Shown: positions 38,001-49,400 of the stretch, piece by piece
How positions within the stretch are numbered: the stretch's first letter is position 1
Layout: each line of letters starts with the position of its first letter
NCBI GenBank assembly: GCA_964016885.1
Contig: OZ024744.1
Location: 107,136,001-107,200,000, forward strand
Reading direction: 5' to 3'
Source: Eledone cirrhosa
Lineage: Eukaryota
Length of the DNA: 64,000 bases
Notes under the pieces: model-generated
What the model was told of the DNA's origin: nothing
Databases searched by the model: none
Seen by the model: only the letters and a program-made list of their open reading frames with translations
Position numbers and translations under genes: made by a program

Positions 38001-39699
38001 TCACATAACATTTACATTACTCTATATTTACTATTGTATTTTCACAGTAAAGGTTTTATCTCACATAATATCTACATTATTCTATATTTACTATTGTATT
38101 TTCACAGTAAAGGTTTTATCTCACATAATATCTACATTATTCTATATTTACTATTGTATTTTCACAGTAAAGGTTTTACCTCACATAATATCTACATTAT
38201 TCTATATTTACAGTTGTATTTTCACAGTAAAGGTTTTACCTCACATAATATCTACATTATTCTATATTTACTATTCTATTTTCACAGTAAAGGTTTTATC
38301 TCACATAACATTTACATTATTCTATATTTACTATTGTATTTTCACAGTAAAGGTTTTACCTCACATAATATCTACATTATTCTATATTTACTATTGTATT
38401 TTCACAGTAAAGGTTTTATCTCACACAATAACTACATTATTCTATATTTACTATTATATTTTCACAGTAAAGGTTTTATCTCACATAATATCTACATTAC
38501 TCTATATTTACTGTTGTATTTTCACAGTAAAGGTTTTATCTCACACAATATCTACATTACTCTATATTTACTGTTGTATTTTCACAGTAAAGGTTTTATC
38601 TCACACAATATCTACATTACTCTATATTTACTATTATATTTTCACAGTAAAGGTTTTATCTCACATAATATCTACATTACTCTATATTTACTGTTGTATT
38701 TTCACAGTAAAGGTTTTATCTCACATAACATCTACATTACTCTATATTTACTGTTGTATTTTCACAGTAAAGGTTTTATCTCACATAACATTTACATTAT
38801 TCTATATTTACTATTGTATTTTCACAGTAAAGGTTTTATCTCACATAACATTTACATTACTCTATATTTACTATTATATTTTCACAGTAAAGGTTTTATC
38901 TCACATAATATCTACATTACTCTATATTTACTGTTGTATTTTCACAGTAAAGGTTTTATCTCACATAACATTTACATTATTCTATATTTACTATTGTATT
39001 TTCACAGTAAAGGCTTTATCTCACATAATATCTACATTACTCTATATTTACTGTTGTATTTTCACAGTAAAGGTTTTATCTCACATAATATCTACATTAC
39101 TCTATATATACTATTGTATTTTCACAGTAAAGGTTTTATCTCACATAATAACTACATTATTCTATATTTACTGTTGTATTTTCACAGTAAAGGTTTTATC
39201 TCACATAACATTTACATTATTCTATATATACTATTGTATTTTCACAGTAAAGGTTTTATCTCACATAACATCTACATTACTCTATATATACTATTGTATT
39301 TTCACAGTAAAGGTTTTATCTTACATAACATTTACATTACTCTATATTTACTATTATATTTTCACAGTAAAGGTTTTATCTCACATAATATCTACATTAC
39401 TCTATATTTACTATTGTATTTTCACAGTAAAGGTTTTATCTCACATAACTACATTATTCTATATATACTATTGTATTTTCACAGTAAAGGTTTTATCTCA
39501 CATAATAACTACATTATTCTATATTTACTATTATATTTCCACAGTAAAGGTTTTCTCTCACATAATATCTACATTACTCTATATTTACTGTTGTATTTTC
39601 ACAGTAAAGGTTTTATCTCACATAATATCTACATTACTCTATATTTACTATTATATTTTCACAGTAAAGGTTTTATCTCACATAACATTTACATTATTC

Positions 39700-41078
39700 G
39701 GCGATATCCAATTTTAGTGGCCTAAATGCTGCTTACGTGCTGTAGTTGCTGTTTACTTCAATGTATGAGGCTATTCCAACAAATTTACATTCCCTTTTTT
39801 TTAGCCGTTAAAAGAAATATATATTTATTTATTGGGGGTTTTTTTTTGCGATTTGTTTGCCACTGGGGCATAGATTTCTTTATTTGCCTAGTTTTTTTTT
39901 TTTTTTTCGACCATCTGTGGGGATATGTCGCCGGCCAACAAATGGTCCTCTTCTTCCGATACCACTTCGAAAGAAGGATCAAGGTGGAGAGAAAGGCACT
40001 CAGTCCCAGCCAATTCCATGAAAGATGGGTGAAAGTAGCAATAATGGCCCATCTCTCTATATCGGCTTGTACAGGTAAGAGAAGAAGGGAGCACCCCACT
40101 CTCTCTGTGCTCCCTGGCAGAAAGGTCGCACACTTTCTACGGGGGGGGTGTGTGACCCCAAAAGGCTGCCTCTCTATTGAGGACTTAATTTTTTATATTC
40201 CTTTTGGCGATATCCAATTTTAGCTGTCTAAATGCCGCTTACTTGCTGCAGTTGCTGCTTACTTCAATGTATGAGGCTATTCCAACAAATTTACATTCCC
40301 CCTTTTTTTAGCCGTTAAAAGAAATATAAATTTATTTATTATTTTTTTTTGCGATTTATTTGCCACTGGGGCATAGATTTCTTTATTTGCCACGTTTTTG
40401 TTTGTTTGTTTTTTTTGCGATTTATTAGCCTTTTGGGGTCACACACACCCCCGTAGAAAGTGTGCGACCTTTCTGCCAGGGAGCACAGAGAGAGGCGGGT
40501 GCTCTCTTCTTCTCTTACCTGTACAAGCCGATATAGAGAGATGGCCCACTTACACGGGCCATTATTGCTACTTTCACCCGAAAAAGGCACTCAGTCAGTC
40601 CCAGCCAATTCCATGAAAGATGGGTGAAAGTAGCAATAATGGCCCGTGTAAGTGGGCCATCTCTCTATATCGGCTTGTACAGGTAAGAGAAGAAGGGAGC
40701 ACCCCCCTCTCTCTGTGCTCCCTGGCAGAAAGGTCGCACACTTTCTACGGGGGTGTGTGTGACCCCAAAAGGCTGCCTCTCTATTGAGGACTTAATTTTT
40801 TATATTCCTTTTTAATCACTCGTTAAATGTTTGTACTTGATTTTTGTAAAAACTCCCCCCACCTAATGCTCTAGTGGCAAATAAATCGCAAAAAAACAAA
40901 CAAACAAACAAACACGAGGGAAATAAATCACAAAAAAAAAACCCAATAAATAAATCTATATTTCTTTTAACGGCTAAAAAAAAGGGAATGTAAATTTGTT
41001 GGAATAGCCTCATACATTGAAGTAAACAGCAACTACAGCACGTAAGCAGCATTTAGTCCACTAAAATTGGATATCGCC
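39700..41078. mobile_element. Non-autonomous TIR DNA transposon, Merlin-like (GG termini, 8-bp TSD)
   Basis: TIRs of more than 130 bp start GGCGATATCCAATTTTAGTGG and end CCACTAAAATTGGATATCGCC; cattattc is duplicated at 39692-39699 and 41079-41086. Confidence 0.8.
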
Positions 41079-41566
41079 CATTATTCTATATTTACTATTG
41101 TATTTTCACAGTAAAGGTTTTATCTCACATAATATCTACATTATTCTATATTTACTATTGTATTTTCACAGTAAAGGTTTTATCTCACATAATAACTACA
41201 TTATTCTATATTTACTATTGTATTTTCACAGTAAAGGTTTTATCTCACATAATATCTACATTACTCTATATTTACTATTGTATTTTCACAGTAAAGGTTT
41301 TATCTCACATAATATCTACATTATTCTATATTTACTATTGTATTTTCACAGTAAAGGTTTTATCATACACTAGCAGAAGTGCCCGGCGTTGCTCGGGCTC
41401 GTCCTCTTCATTTTCCACCAATGGCAGCGTGCATGTACCGTGGCCCCCCTGTATATGTTGAGGGTAGAATGCACATTTTGCCGATGTTGAGGGTAGAATG
41501 CACATTTTGCCGATGTTTCGGGGGTCAGTGTCATTCCTGATGCCGTCACGCAAATGGATGTAGGAG

Positions 41567-43113
41567 TCAGCGCAGCTGCTTCTGATTCAATTTTATGAAG
41601 CACAGTCTCTCCGACTCCATCTTTGCAGCCATGTCAACGGCAAACTGGTGAAACAGTTCCCGTGATCTGTGCAGGGGGCTAAAATCATTAGGCCTCGTCA
41701 TGAAGCGGTATGAGTACAAAGCCATACATGAAACAGTTTTAGATGTCGCAGCAGTGGGCTCGTTTGGTTTGCACTGAGGAATGCCGAAATGGTAGCCGTC
41801 TTCTCCGTATGCAAAAAGAAGGGGATACTGCAGGGCGTCGTAGGAACGATGTGTCTCATTAATACGCTGAAGACCACTGTCACGGCTTTGAAGAACTATG
41901 TCTCGCTTATTGTGCTGTTCACCATGGAGAACTACAGCCACTTCATTGCACGAAGGAGCGTTATAACGGCGTGCGTGCTCTCCAGAAGGTCTTTTGTCAG
42001 CATCGATGACAATGGTGAAGATTGGTGAAGGAGCTGTTTCCAAGGCGTATTTAAAACTGCGAATATAGCTGTTGTGCTCATGAAGCATGTTTTGCAGACT
42101 GAGCAGCACGTCCCTGTCAAAGTTGTCAGCGTCAGTGTTTGCAGGTGGTGGAATAACGCCAAACCGCACACCAACTTGCCTAATGTAGTTCGAAATAAAG
42201 TAAATTTGAAGGAACGAAGGCTTGCAATTTTGTAGTGGCTGGAGCGACCCAATAAGATGGTACACCTGCCCCTGGACCTTGAAAGTAGGCATCCAACCAC
42301 TTTCTCTGACAACGTTAGCCCCGAAAGAAGTCATCTGAAACGCACAATTGTATTTCCTGATGATCTGAAGGAATTTGGATGACCTTGAGGTATAACCAGT
42401 CAGTAGTTCCTTCAAAGGCTCTGGCGGTTCCGGAAGAGAGAGCAAGGCAAGGTGACCTTACCGTTTAAACAGCACATTGCAGGTGGCTCCCCAGCCCACT
42501 TTGTAGCATTGCAGAATTGGCAATTGAAGCGCATCTCGCTTATATTTATGTCAGAGCGCATCTAGTAATTAACGTTTTGCTCATACTTGAAAGCCTGTAG
42601 GTGCCAGTAAGGGCTGTTGGGGCTCGTCACACCGCGTGCAGCTTCTCGCCGTCGACTGTTACGCTTGAACGTAGAACATTGGTCGTGTGGTTGGTGGGAA
42701 GGTCTGGCAGCAATAGCAGAAGCAATATTTGCAATGCTAATGGACCGCCCGTCTGCATCTTCAGAAGCCATGGAAGTAGTCATAGCCGCAGCGTTCGTAG
42801 GAAGGCGAGCCGTCCGTTGTTTTAAACGTTCCAAAGACCCGGAAGCAGCATTAGTCGCAGCGTTTCTAGCCAGGCGCTTCGAGCTTTGTTCACGGATCTC
42901 TGAAGCCCTGGAAGAAGCCTGGTATGAAGCCATTTTGGCTAGGCGTGCGGTGCGCTGTTGGAAACTTTCAGCGGCTCGACATTCTGCTGAACGTAAGGCT
43001 GTCTGTGAAAGTCTTGAAGCATTTTCCTCAGAGGACTCGTTTGCTATAGTAGCCTTTTGCGCCACTGCTGACGCGGTATGTCGACTGAGGCGACTTCTCT
43101 TTTTAGGTGGCAT
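41567..43113 (-). pseudogene. Truncated Helitron RepHel coding sequence
   Basis: Two collinear ORFs separated by a stop and frameshift; ends at NQKQLR, before the Rep motifs. Confidence 0.85.
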
Positions 43114-43245
43114 TTTATGTCCAAAAGAAAGGGTGAAATTTAGTTCTACAGAAAAATTTACTTTGAAAGTCTACTGTTTGTTTATGAATATTGTTATTGT
43201 TGTTGTGATACAAATGTTATTAAGTAAATGGGTATCGAAAAATAA

Positions 43246-43668
43246 ATGGCCCATCTCTCTATATCGGCTTGTACAGGTAAGAGAAGAAAGGAGCACCCCC
43301 CTCTCTCTGTGCTCCCTGACAGAAAGGGCGCACACTTTCTACGGGGGTGTGTGTGACCCCAAAAGGCTGCCTCTCTATTGAGGACTTAATTTTTTATATT
43401 CCTTTTTAATCACTCGTTAAATGTTTGTACTTGATTTTTGTAAAAACTCCCCCCGCCTAATGCTCTAGTGGCAAATAAATCGCAAAAAAACAAACAAACA
43501 AAAAACGTGGCAAATAAATCGCAAAAAAAACCCCAATAAATAAATATATATTTCTTTTAACGGCTAAAAAAAAGGGAATGTAAATTTGTTGGAATAGCCT
43601 CATACATTGAAGTAAACAGCAACTACAGCACGTAAGCAGCATTTAGGCCACTAAAATTGGATATCGCC
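43246..43668. mobile_element. Partial copy (right half with TIR) of the 39700-41078 element inside the Helitron 5' region
   Basis: Near-identical to 40655-41078 and ends ggatatcgcc. Confidence 0.8.
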
Positions 43669-44361
43669 CCAAAAATGTACAGGTATTTGTATGTATGTGT
43701 GTATTTTTATGTCGAAAAGAAAGGGTTAAAGTTACTTCTACAGAAAAATATAGTATGAAAGTGTAAGGCCGATATGTGTGTAAATTAAGTGACAGGTATT
43801 TGTATGTATGTGTGTATGAAAGTGTAAGGCCGATGTGTGTGTAAATTAAGTGACAGGTATTTGTATGTATGTGTATATATGTATGTATTAAAGGTTGAAA
43901 GTTACTTCAACATAAAAATTGACTTTGAAAGTATAATGCTGATAATTGAATGTAAAAATATTGATAAGAAAGGCCCAAAATAAAAATTTACAGGTATTTG
44001 TATGTATGTGTGTATTTTTATGTCGAAAATAAAGGGTTAAAGTTACTTATACAGAAAAATTTATTTTGAAAGTGTAAGGCCGATATGTGTGTAAATTAAG
44101 TGACAGATATGTATGTGTGTATATGTATATATGTGTGTATATGTACTGCATGTCTATGTATATTGTTATTGTTGTATTGACACAAATGTGTTTAGAAAAA
44201 TATTTGCAACTGAAAAACTTACAGTTTAGTAATTGAAAGTCTGAGTTTAGTAAATGAAAGTCAGCTTCAATATGGAGTTTGAACGCGCTAATACAAACAC
44301 ACACACATATATCCGTATTTTAGTGTGTCTGTTTGTATCTCTCTCCTTCTTTATCATTATA

Positions 44362-44967
44362 CTAGCAGGGGTCGCTCAGTAGCTGTGTTAAAGTTACAAT
44401 GTTAAGTTTCTTTTTTGGCTTAAACGGACAGACGTCTGCACGACTGTCTGTCTGCACGCCTAACGAAATTTACAGATACATATATTTTAAATAAACATAT
44501 AATTTTTGCTTTTTTTTACGAAATATTTGCTTGTTTTACGTAGTCTTTAAATAGACTTGTTTTCAAGTAAAAATATTGTTTTAAAAGGCTTTTAAATGGA
44601 AATGAAGCAAAACGAAAGCTTAGTGTTCGAACTGATGAATTTTGCAGGTCAATATTTTGCTGGCTCGACAACTGTTAATGTCATTTTAAACGCTGAGAAA
44701 GCCAGCGTAATTTTTTTAATTTTTGCACGCAGAAAATGTAAACAGAACAAAGGGAAATAACTCGTCACTTACGCTCAAAAATCGATACGTTAGATTCGAG
44801 TTCATCACATAGGGTGGGTCAATTTGAAATATTTTTTTCCCGATGTCTTCGCTAGGGCTCAATGTACAAGTATAGCAATTTCGGTGCAATTCCGTGAGAG
44901 ATTCTAAGAGGAGATGTGTGCCAAAAATCGATAGACAGACAGACAACCACAGTTTTATATATATAGA
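44362..44967 (-). mobile_element. Short non-autonomous Helitron
   Basis: The minus strand begins A|TCTATATATATAAAACTGTGGTTGTCTGTCTG and ends CTGCTAG|T. Confidence 0.72.
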
Positions 44968-45176
44968 TTAGTCTGTTGGTATTGTAGACTTACTGTGTAT
45001 TATATTAATCTGTTGGTATTGTAGACTTACTGTGTATTATATTAGTCTGTTGGTATTGTAGACTTACTGTGTATTATATTAGTCTGTTGGTATTGTAGAC
45101 TTACTGTATATTATATTAGTCTGTTGGTATTGTAGACTTACTGTATATTATATTAGTCTGTTGGTATTGTAGACTT
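44968..45176. repeat. 37-bp minisatellite, about 5.6 copies
   Basis: ttagtctgttggtattgtagacttactgtgtattata. Confidence 0.93.
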
Positions 45177-45249
45177 CGATAAAATAAAGTACCAGTAATG
45201 CACTGAGTAGGTATTTGCTGGCACTGTGCCTAACGTAGAAACAATTATA

Positions 45250-45549
45250 TTATATGCTATTGTTATTTCTAAATCAAACTGTGTATGCGTTGATTGATTG
45301 AAATTCCCGCGTTCCTGTTTCTATGACGTCAATCGTAACCATACCAACATATATGTGTGTGTATGCACCCACATATATGTGTGTATATGTTTTTTTTCAT
45401 ATATGCTATTGTTATTTCTAAATCAAACTGTGTATGCGTTGATTGATTAAAATTCCCACGTTCCTGTTTCTATGAGACGTCAATCGTAACCATGCCAACA
45501 TATGTGTGTGTGTAGGCACCCACATATATGTGTGTATATGTTTTTTTTC
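45250..45549. repeat. ~150-bp tandem duplication
   Basis: tatatgctattgttatttctaaatcaaactgtgtatgcgttgattgatt... occurs twice. Confidence 0.85.
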
Positions 45550-45709
45550 AATGTTTCTCTTTTTCACAAACACTTATAAGAGAAGGTAGCAATTTTAAGG
45601 GGAGGTGATAAATGGGAGTAGATATAGGAAACGTATATCGTGTGAGAGAGGAGAAATCATCGATTGTTGAAATAAATCGATTTTTCCGTAATTGTTGCAT
45701 TTTTTAGCC

Positions 45710-46160
45710 TGAATAATACACGAATGTCAGGGAAGTACATGTGTGTATGTGTTAGCTGTAGTGTTGGCGGATCTCGGAGAGCATGGAGGCCTTAAAGGAT
45801 GCAGTGTCTCGACAGTTAACAACTGATGCAGGTAGTTTGTTCCATGCTTCAGCAACTCTGAGCGTGAAAAAATGTTTCCGAAAGTCATGGGAACTGTGCT
45901 GTTTTCTTACTTTGTAGGCATGTCCACGTGTGTTAGACACATGGAAATCGAAAAGGTACTCAGGGTTGTTGTTGGCAACATGGCTAACAATTTTGTGGGT
46001 GTTTACCAAGTCAGTTGCCAGGCGTCGGAGCTTGAATGAATCCATGCCCAGGGAAGCAAGGCGCTCAGAGTATGGTAGATGCCTGATGGAGGGTATTCGC
46101 TTGGTTGCACATCTCTGAACAGTTTCCAGGCGGTCAATGTCCAGACTGGTGATGCAAATT
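45710..46160 (-). mobile_element. CR1-clade LINE 3' fragment
   Basis: ETVQRCATKRIP..LPYSERLASLG...LRRL...TRGHAYK...RKHFFTLRV..WNKLP; a related 3' UTR piece lies at about 20020-20125. Confidence 0.85.
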
Positions 46161-46194
46161 CTAAGTGTGGTCGCACCATAGCCTTAAATAGATA

Positions 46195-46225
<31 letters not shown>

Positions 46226-46265
46226 AGGATTTTACATTTAAGTTGGAAGAAAAAATAGAACTTAC

Positions 46266-46352
46266 ATTTAGTAAACTTATTTCCTCAGCCTCTCGATGCA
46301 CATCAATTAAATCTTCTGCTGCCTGTAATGACTCCTGAGTTTTGGATCCAAG
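46266..46352 (-). CDS. PPP4R4: PPP4R4-like exon (87 bp, coiled-coil start)
   Basis: cttcag acceptor, gtaag donor, phase 0-0; LGSKTQESLQAAEDLIDVHREAEEISLLN resembles the recalled PPP4R4 motif DLLDQEKEREELLLL. Confidence 0.82.
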
Positions 46353-46496
46353 CTGAAGATTTGAGAAAATATTCAATGTTAAATGTTACTAAAATGTAAA
46401 ATTGTCAGAAACTGAATTAATCTTCCATTACTCCCATCTCCCACCACTACCACTCTCTAAATATCAGTACATACATATCTTCAGACAACACATTTC

Positions 46497-49400
46497 TCTA
46501 AATAGTAAGGTACTATATAGTTCTGTAAATAGTAAGGTACTATTTGGTTCTGTAAATAGTAAGGTACTATATAGTTCTGTAAATAGTAAGGTACTATATA
46601 GTTCTGTAAATAGTAAGGTACTATATAGTTCTGTAAATAGTAAGATACTATATAGTACTGTAAATAGTAAGGTTCTATATAGTACTGTAAATAGTAAGGT
46701 ACTATATAGTTATGTAAATAGTAGAGTTTTATATAGTTCTGTAAATAGTAAGGTACTATATAGTTCTGTAAATAGTAAGGTACTATATAGTTATGTAAAT
46801 AGTAAGATACTATATAGTTCTGTAAATAGTAAGGTACGTTGACTTACGTCTCCGAACCTTCGTGTATTTATTTGTAGGTATGTGTGTGCGCTTGTTATAT
46901 ACGTATTTATTTACTTATATACGTTTATATAATTATTTATTTATTTGTACACAAGCATACACACATACACATATTTATATGTGCGTGGTTTTGTATACCT
47001 ATGGTAAGGTTTTACGTATGCTTGTGTATGTACATATCTGTTTGCGCGTATGTATTTATTTGTTTCTATTACTTCAGTATTGTATTTATTTACTTTGTTC
47101 TTAACTCTGTAGCGGAGATTCATTCGGTCTCCTAGTTAGAATTTTAGTCTACAACTTCTGCTATACCATTTACGTGGTTTTGTCTTTGCGTGCTATTGTT
47201 CTCCACGCTCCACACAAACGTGGTTCTGTCTTTGCGCGTAATTGTTTTTCACCGCTCCTATTAATGACGTATTATATTCGTTTTTTCCCGTTCTTTGCCA
47301 GCGAACGTCACCACGAACCAAAGTATCGTCTTCCTGTCTTCCTACGGTTGCAACGTTTTTTGAAATATCCAGTACTGCGTTTACAGATTGACTTTGTTAG
47401 TTTCAGAAGATCCCGTTAAGGGTGAAAGCAGCGATTCTTTGCTTAAACTTTAATCTGTTATTTTAATAAATATTTGCTCTTCGGTTCTTATATATTTGAT
47501 ATATATTTTCCTTATCGAGCCCTCTTTGGATTTTAGTTTTCAATTTTATTATTATTACTAGTAAGGTACTATATAGTTCTGTAAATAGTAAAGTACTATA
47601 TAGTTCTGTAAATAGTAGAGTATTATATAGTTCTGTAAATAGTAAGGTACTATATAGTTCTGTAAATAGTAAGATACTATAAAGTTCTGTAAATAGTAAA
47701 GTACTATATAGTTATATAAATAGTAAGATATATATAGTTATGTAAATAGTAAGATACTATATAGTTCTGTAAATAGTAAGATACTATATAGTTCTGTAAA
47801 TACTAAGGTACTATATAGTTATATAAATAGTAAGGTACTATATAATTCCGTAAATACAAAGGTACTATATAGTTATATAAATAGTAAGGTACTATATAGT
47901 TCTGTAAATAGTAAGATACTATATAGTTCTGTAAATAGTAAAGTACTATATAGTTATGTAAATAGTAAAGTACTATATAGTTATATAAATAGTAAGGTAC
48001 TATATAGTTATGTAAATAGTAGAGTACTATATAGTTCTGTAAATAGTAGAGTACTATATAGTACTGTAAATAGTAAGGTACTATATAGTTCTGTAAATAG
48101 TAAGGTACTATATAGTTCTGTAAATAGTAAAGTACTATATAGTTATATAAATAGTAAAGTACTATATAGTTATGTAAATAGTAAGATACTATATAGTTCT
48201 GTAAATAGTAAGATACTATATAGTTCTGTAAATAGCAGAGTACTATATAGTTCTGTAAATAGTAAGGTACTATATAGTTCTGTAAATAGTAAGGTACTAT
48301 ATAGTTCTGTAAATAGTAAAGTACTATATAGTTATGTAAATAGAGTACTATATAGTTATGCAAATAGTAAGGTACTATATTGTTCTGTAAATACTAAGAT
48401 ACTATATAGTTATGTAAATAGTAGAGTACTATATAGTTACGTAAATAGTAAGGTACTATATAGTTCTGTAAATAGTAAAGTACTATATAGTTATGAAAAT
48501 AGTAAGGTACTATATAGTTCTGTAAATAGTAAGGTACTATATAGTTATGTAAATAGTAAAGTACTATATAGTTCTGTAAATAGTAAAGTACTATATAGTT
48601 CTGTAAATAGTAAGATACTATATAGTTCTGTAAATAGCAGAGTACTATATAGTTCTGTAAATAGCAGAGTACTATATAGTTCTGTAAATAGTAAAGTACT
48701 ATATAGTTATGTAAATAGTAAGGTACTATATAGTTATGTAAATAGTAAGGTACTATATAGTTCTGTAAATAGTAAGGTACTATATAGTTCTGTAAATACT
48801 AAGGTACTATATAGTTCTGTAAATAGTAAAGTACTATATAGTTATGTAAATAGTAAAGTACTATATAGTTATGTAAATAGTAAAGTACTATATAGTTATG
48901 TATATAGTAAGATACTATATAGTTCTGTAAATAGTAAGATACTATATAGTTCTGTAAATAGCAGAGTACTATATAGTTCTGTAAATAGTAAGGTACTATA
49001 TAGTTCTGTAAATAGTAAGATACTATACAGTTCTGTAAATAGCAGAGTACTATATAGTTCTGTAAATAGTAAAGTACTATATAGTTCTGTAAATAGTAAG
49101 GTACTATATAGTTCTGTAAATAGTAAAGTACTATATAGTTCTGTAAATAGTAAAGTACTATATAGTTCTGTAAATAGTAAGATACTATATAGTTCTGTAA
49201 ATAGTAAGATACTATATAGTTCTGTAAATAGTAAGATACTATATAGTTCTGTAAATAGTAAGATACTATATAGTTCTGTAAATAGTAAGATACTATATAG
49301 TTCTGTAAATAGCAGAGTACTATATAGTTCTGTAAATAGCAGAGTACTATATAGTTCTGTAAATAGCAGAGTACTATATAGTTCTGTAAATAGTAAAGTA

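Larger units (their letters stand above)
29168..41363. repeat. 60-bp AT-rich satellite (blocks 29168-29885, 34279-39699, 41079-41363) interrupted by insertions
   Basis: Unit atctacattactctatatttactattgtattttcacagtaaaggttttatctcacataat. Confidence 0.97.
41370..44323 (-). mobile_element. Internally deleted Helitron (N-terminal part of RepHel)
   Basis: 3' hairpin GCCCGAGCAACGCCGGGC plus CTAG|T at 41370; ORFs 43113-42562 and 42445-41567 with a C..C...CC.NGKV zinc finger, YNCAFQMTSFG, YDALQYPLLF..GEDGY, LFHQFAVD. Rep catalytic and helicase domains are absent; the 5' end is approximate. Confidence 0.9.

Noticed and set aside
29096-39725. ORFs (YFHSKGFISHNIYITLYLLL)n up to 583 aa
   Set aside because: Translation of the 60-bp satellite, with frequent frameshifting indels and TE insertions.
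42617-43381. 254-aa plus-strand ORF
   Set aside because: Antisense shadow of the Helitron N-terminal ORF.
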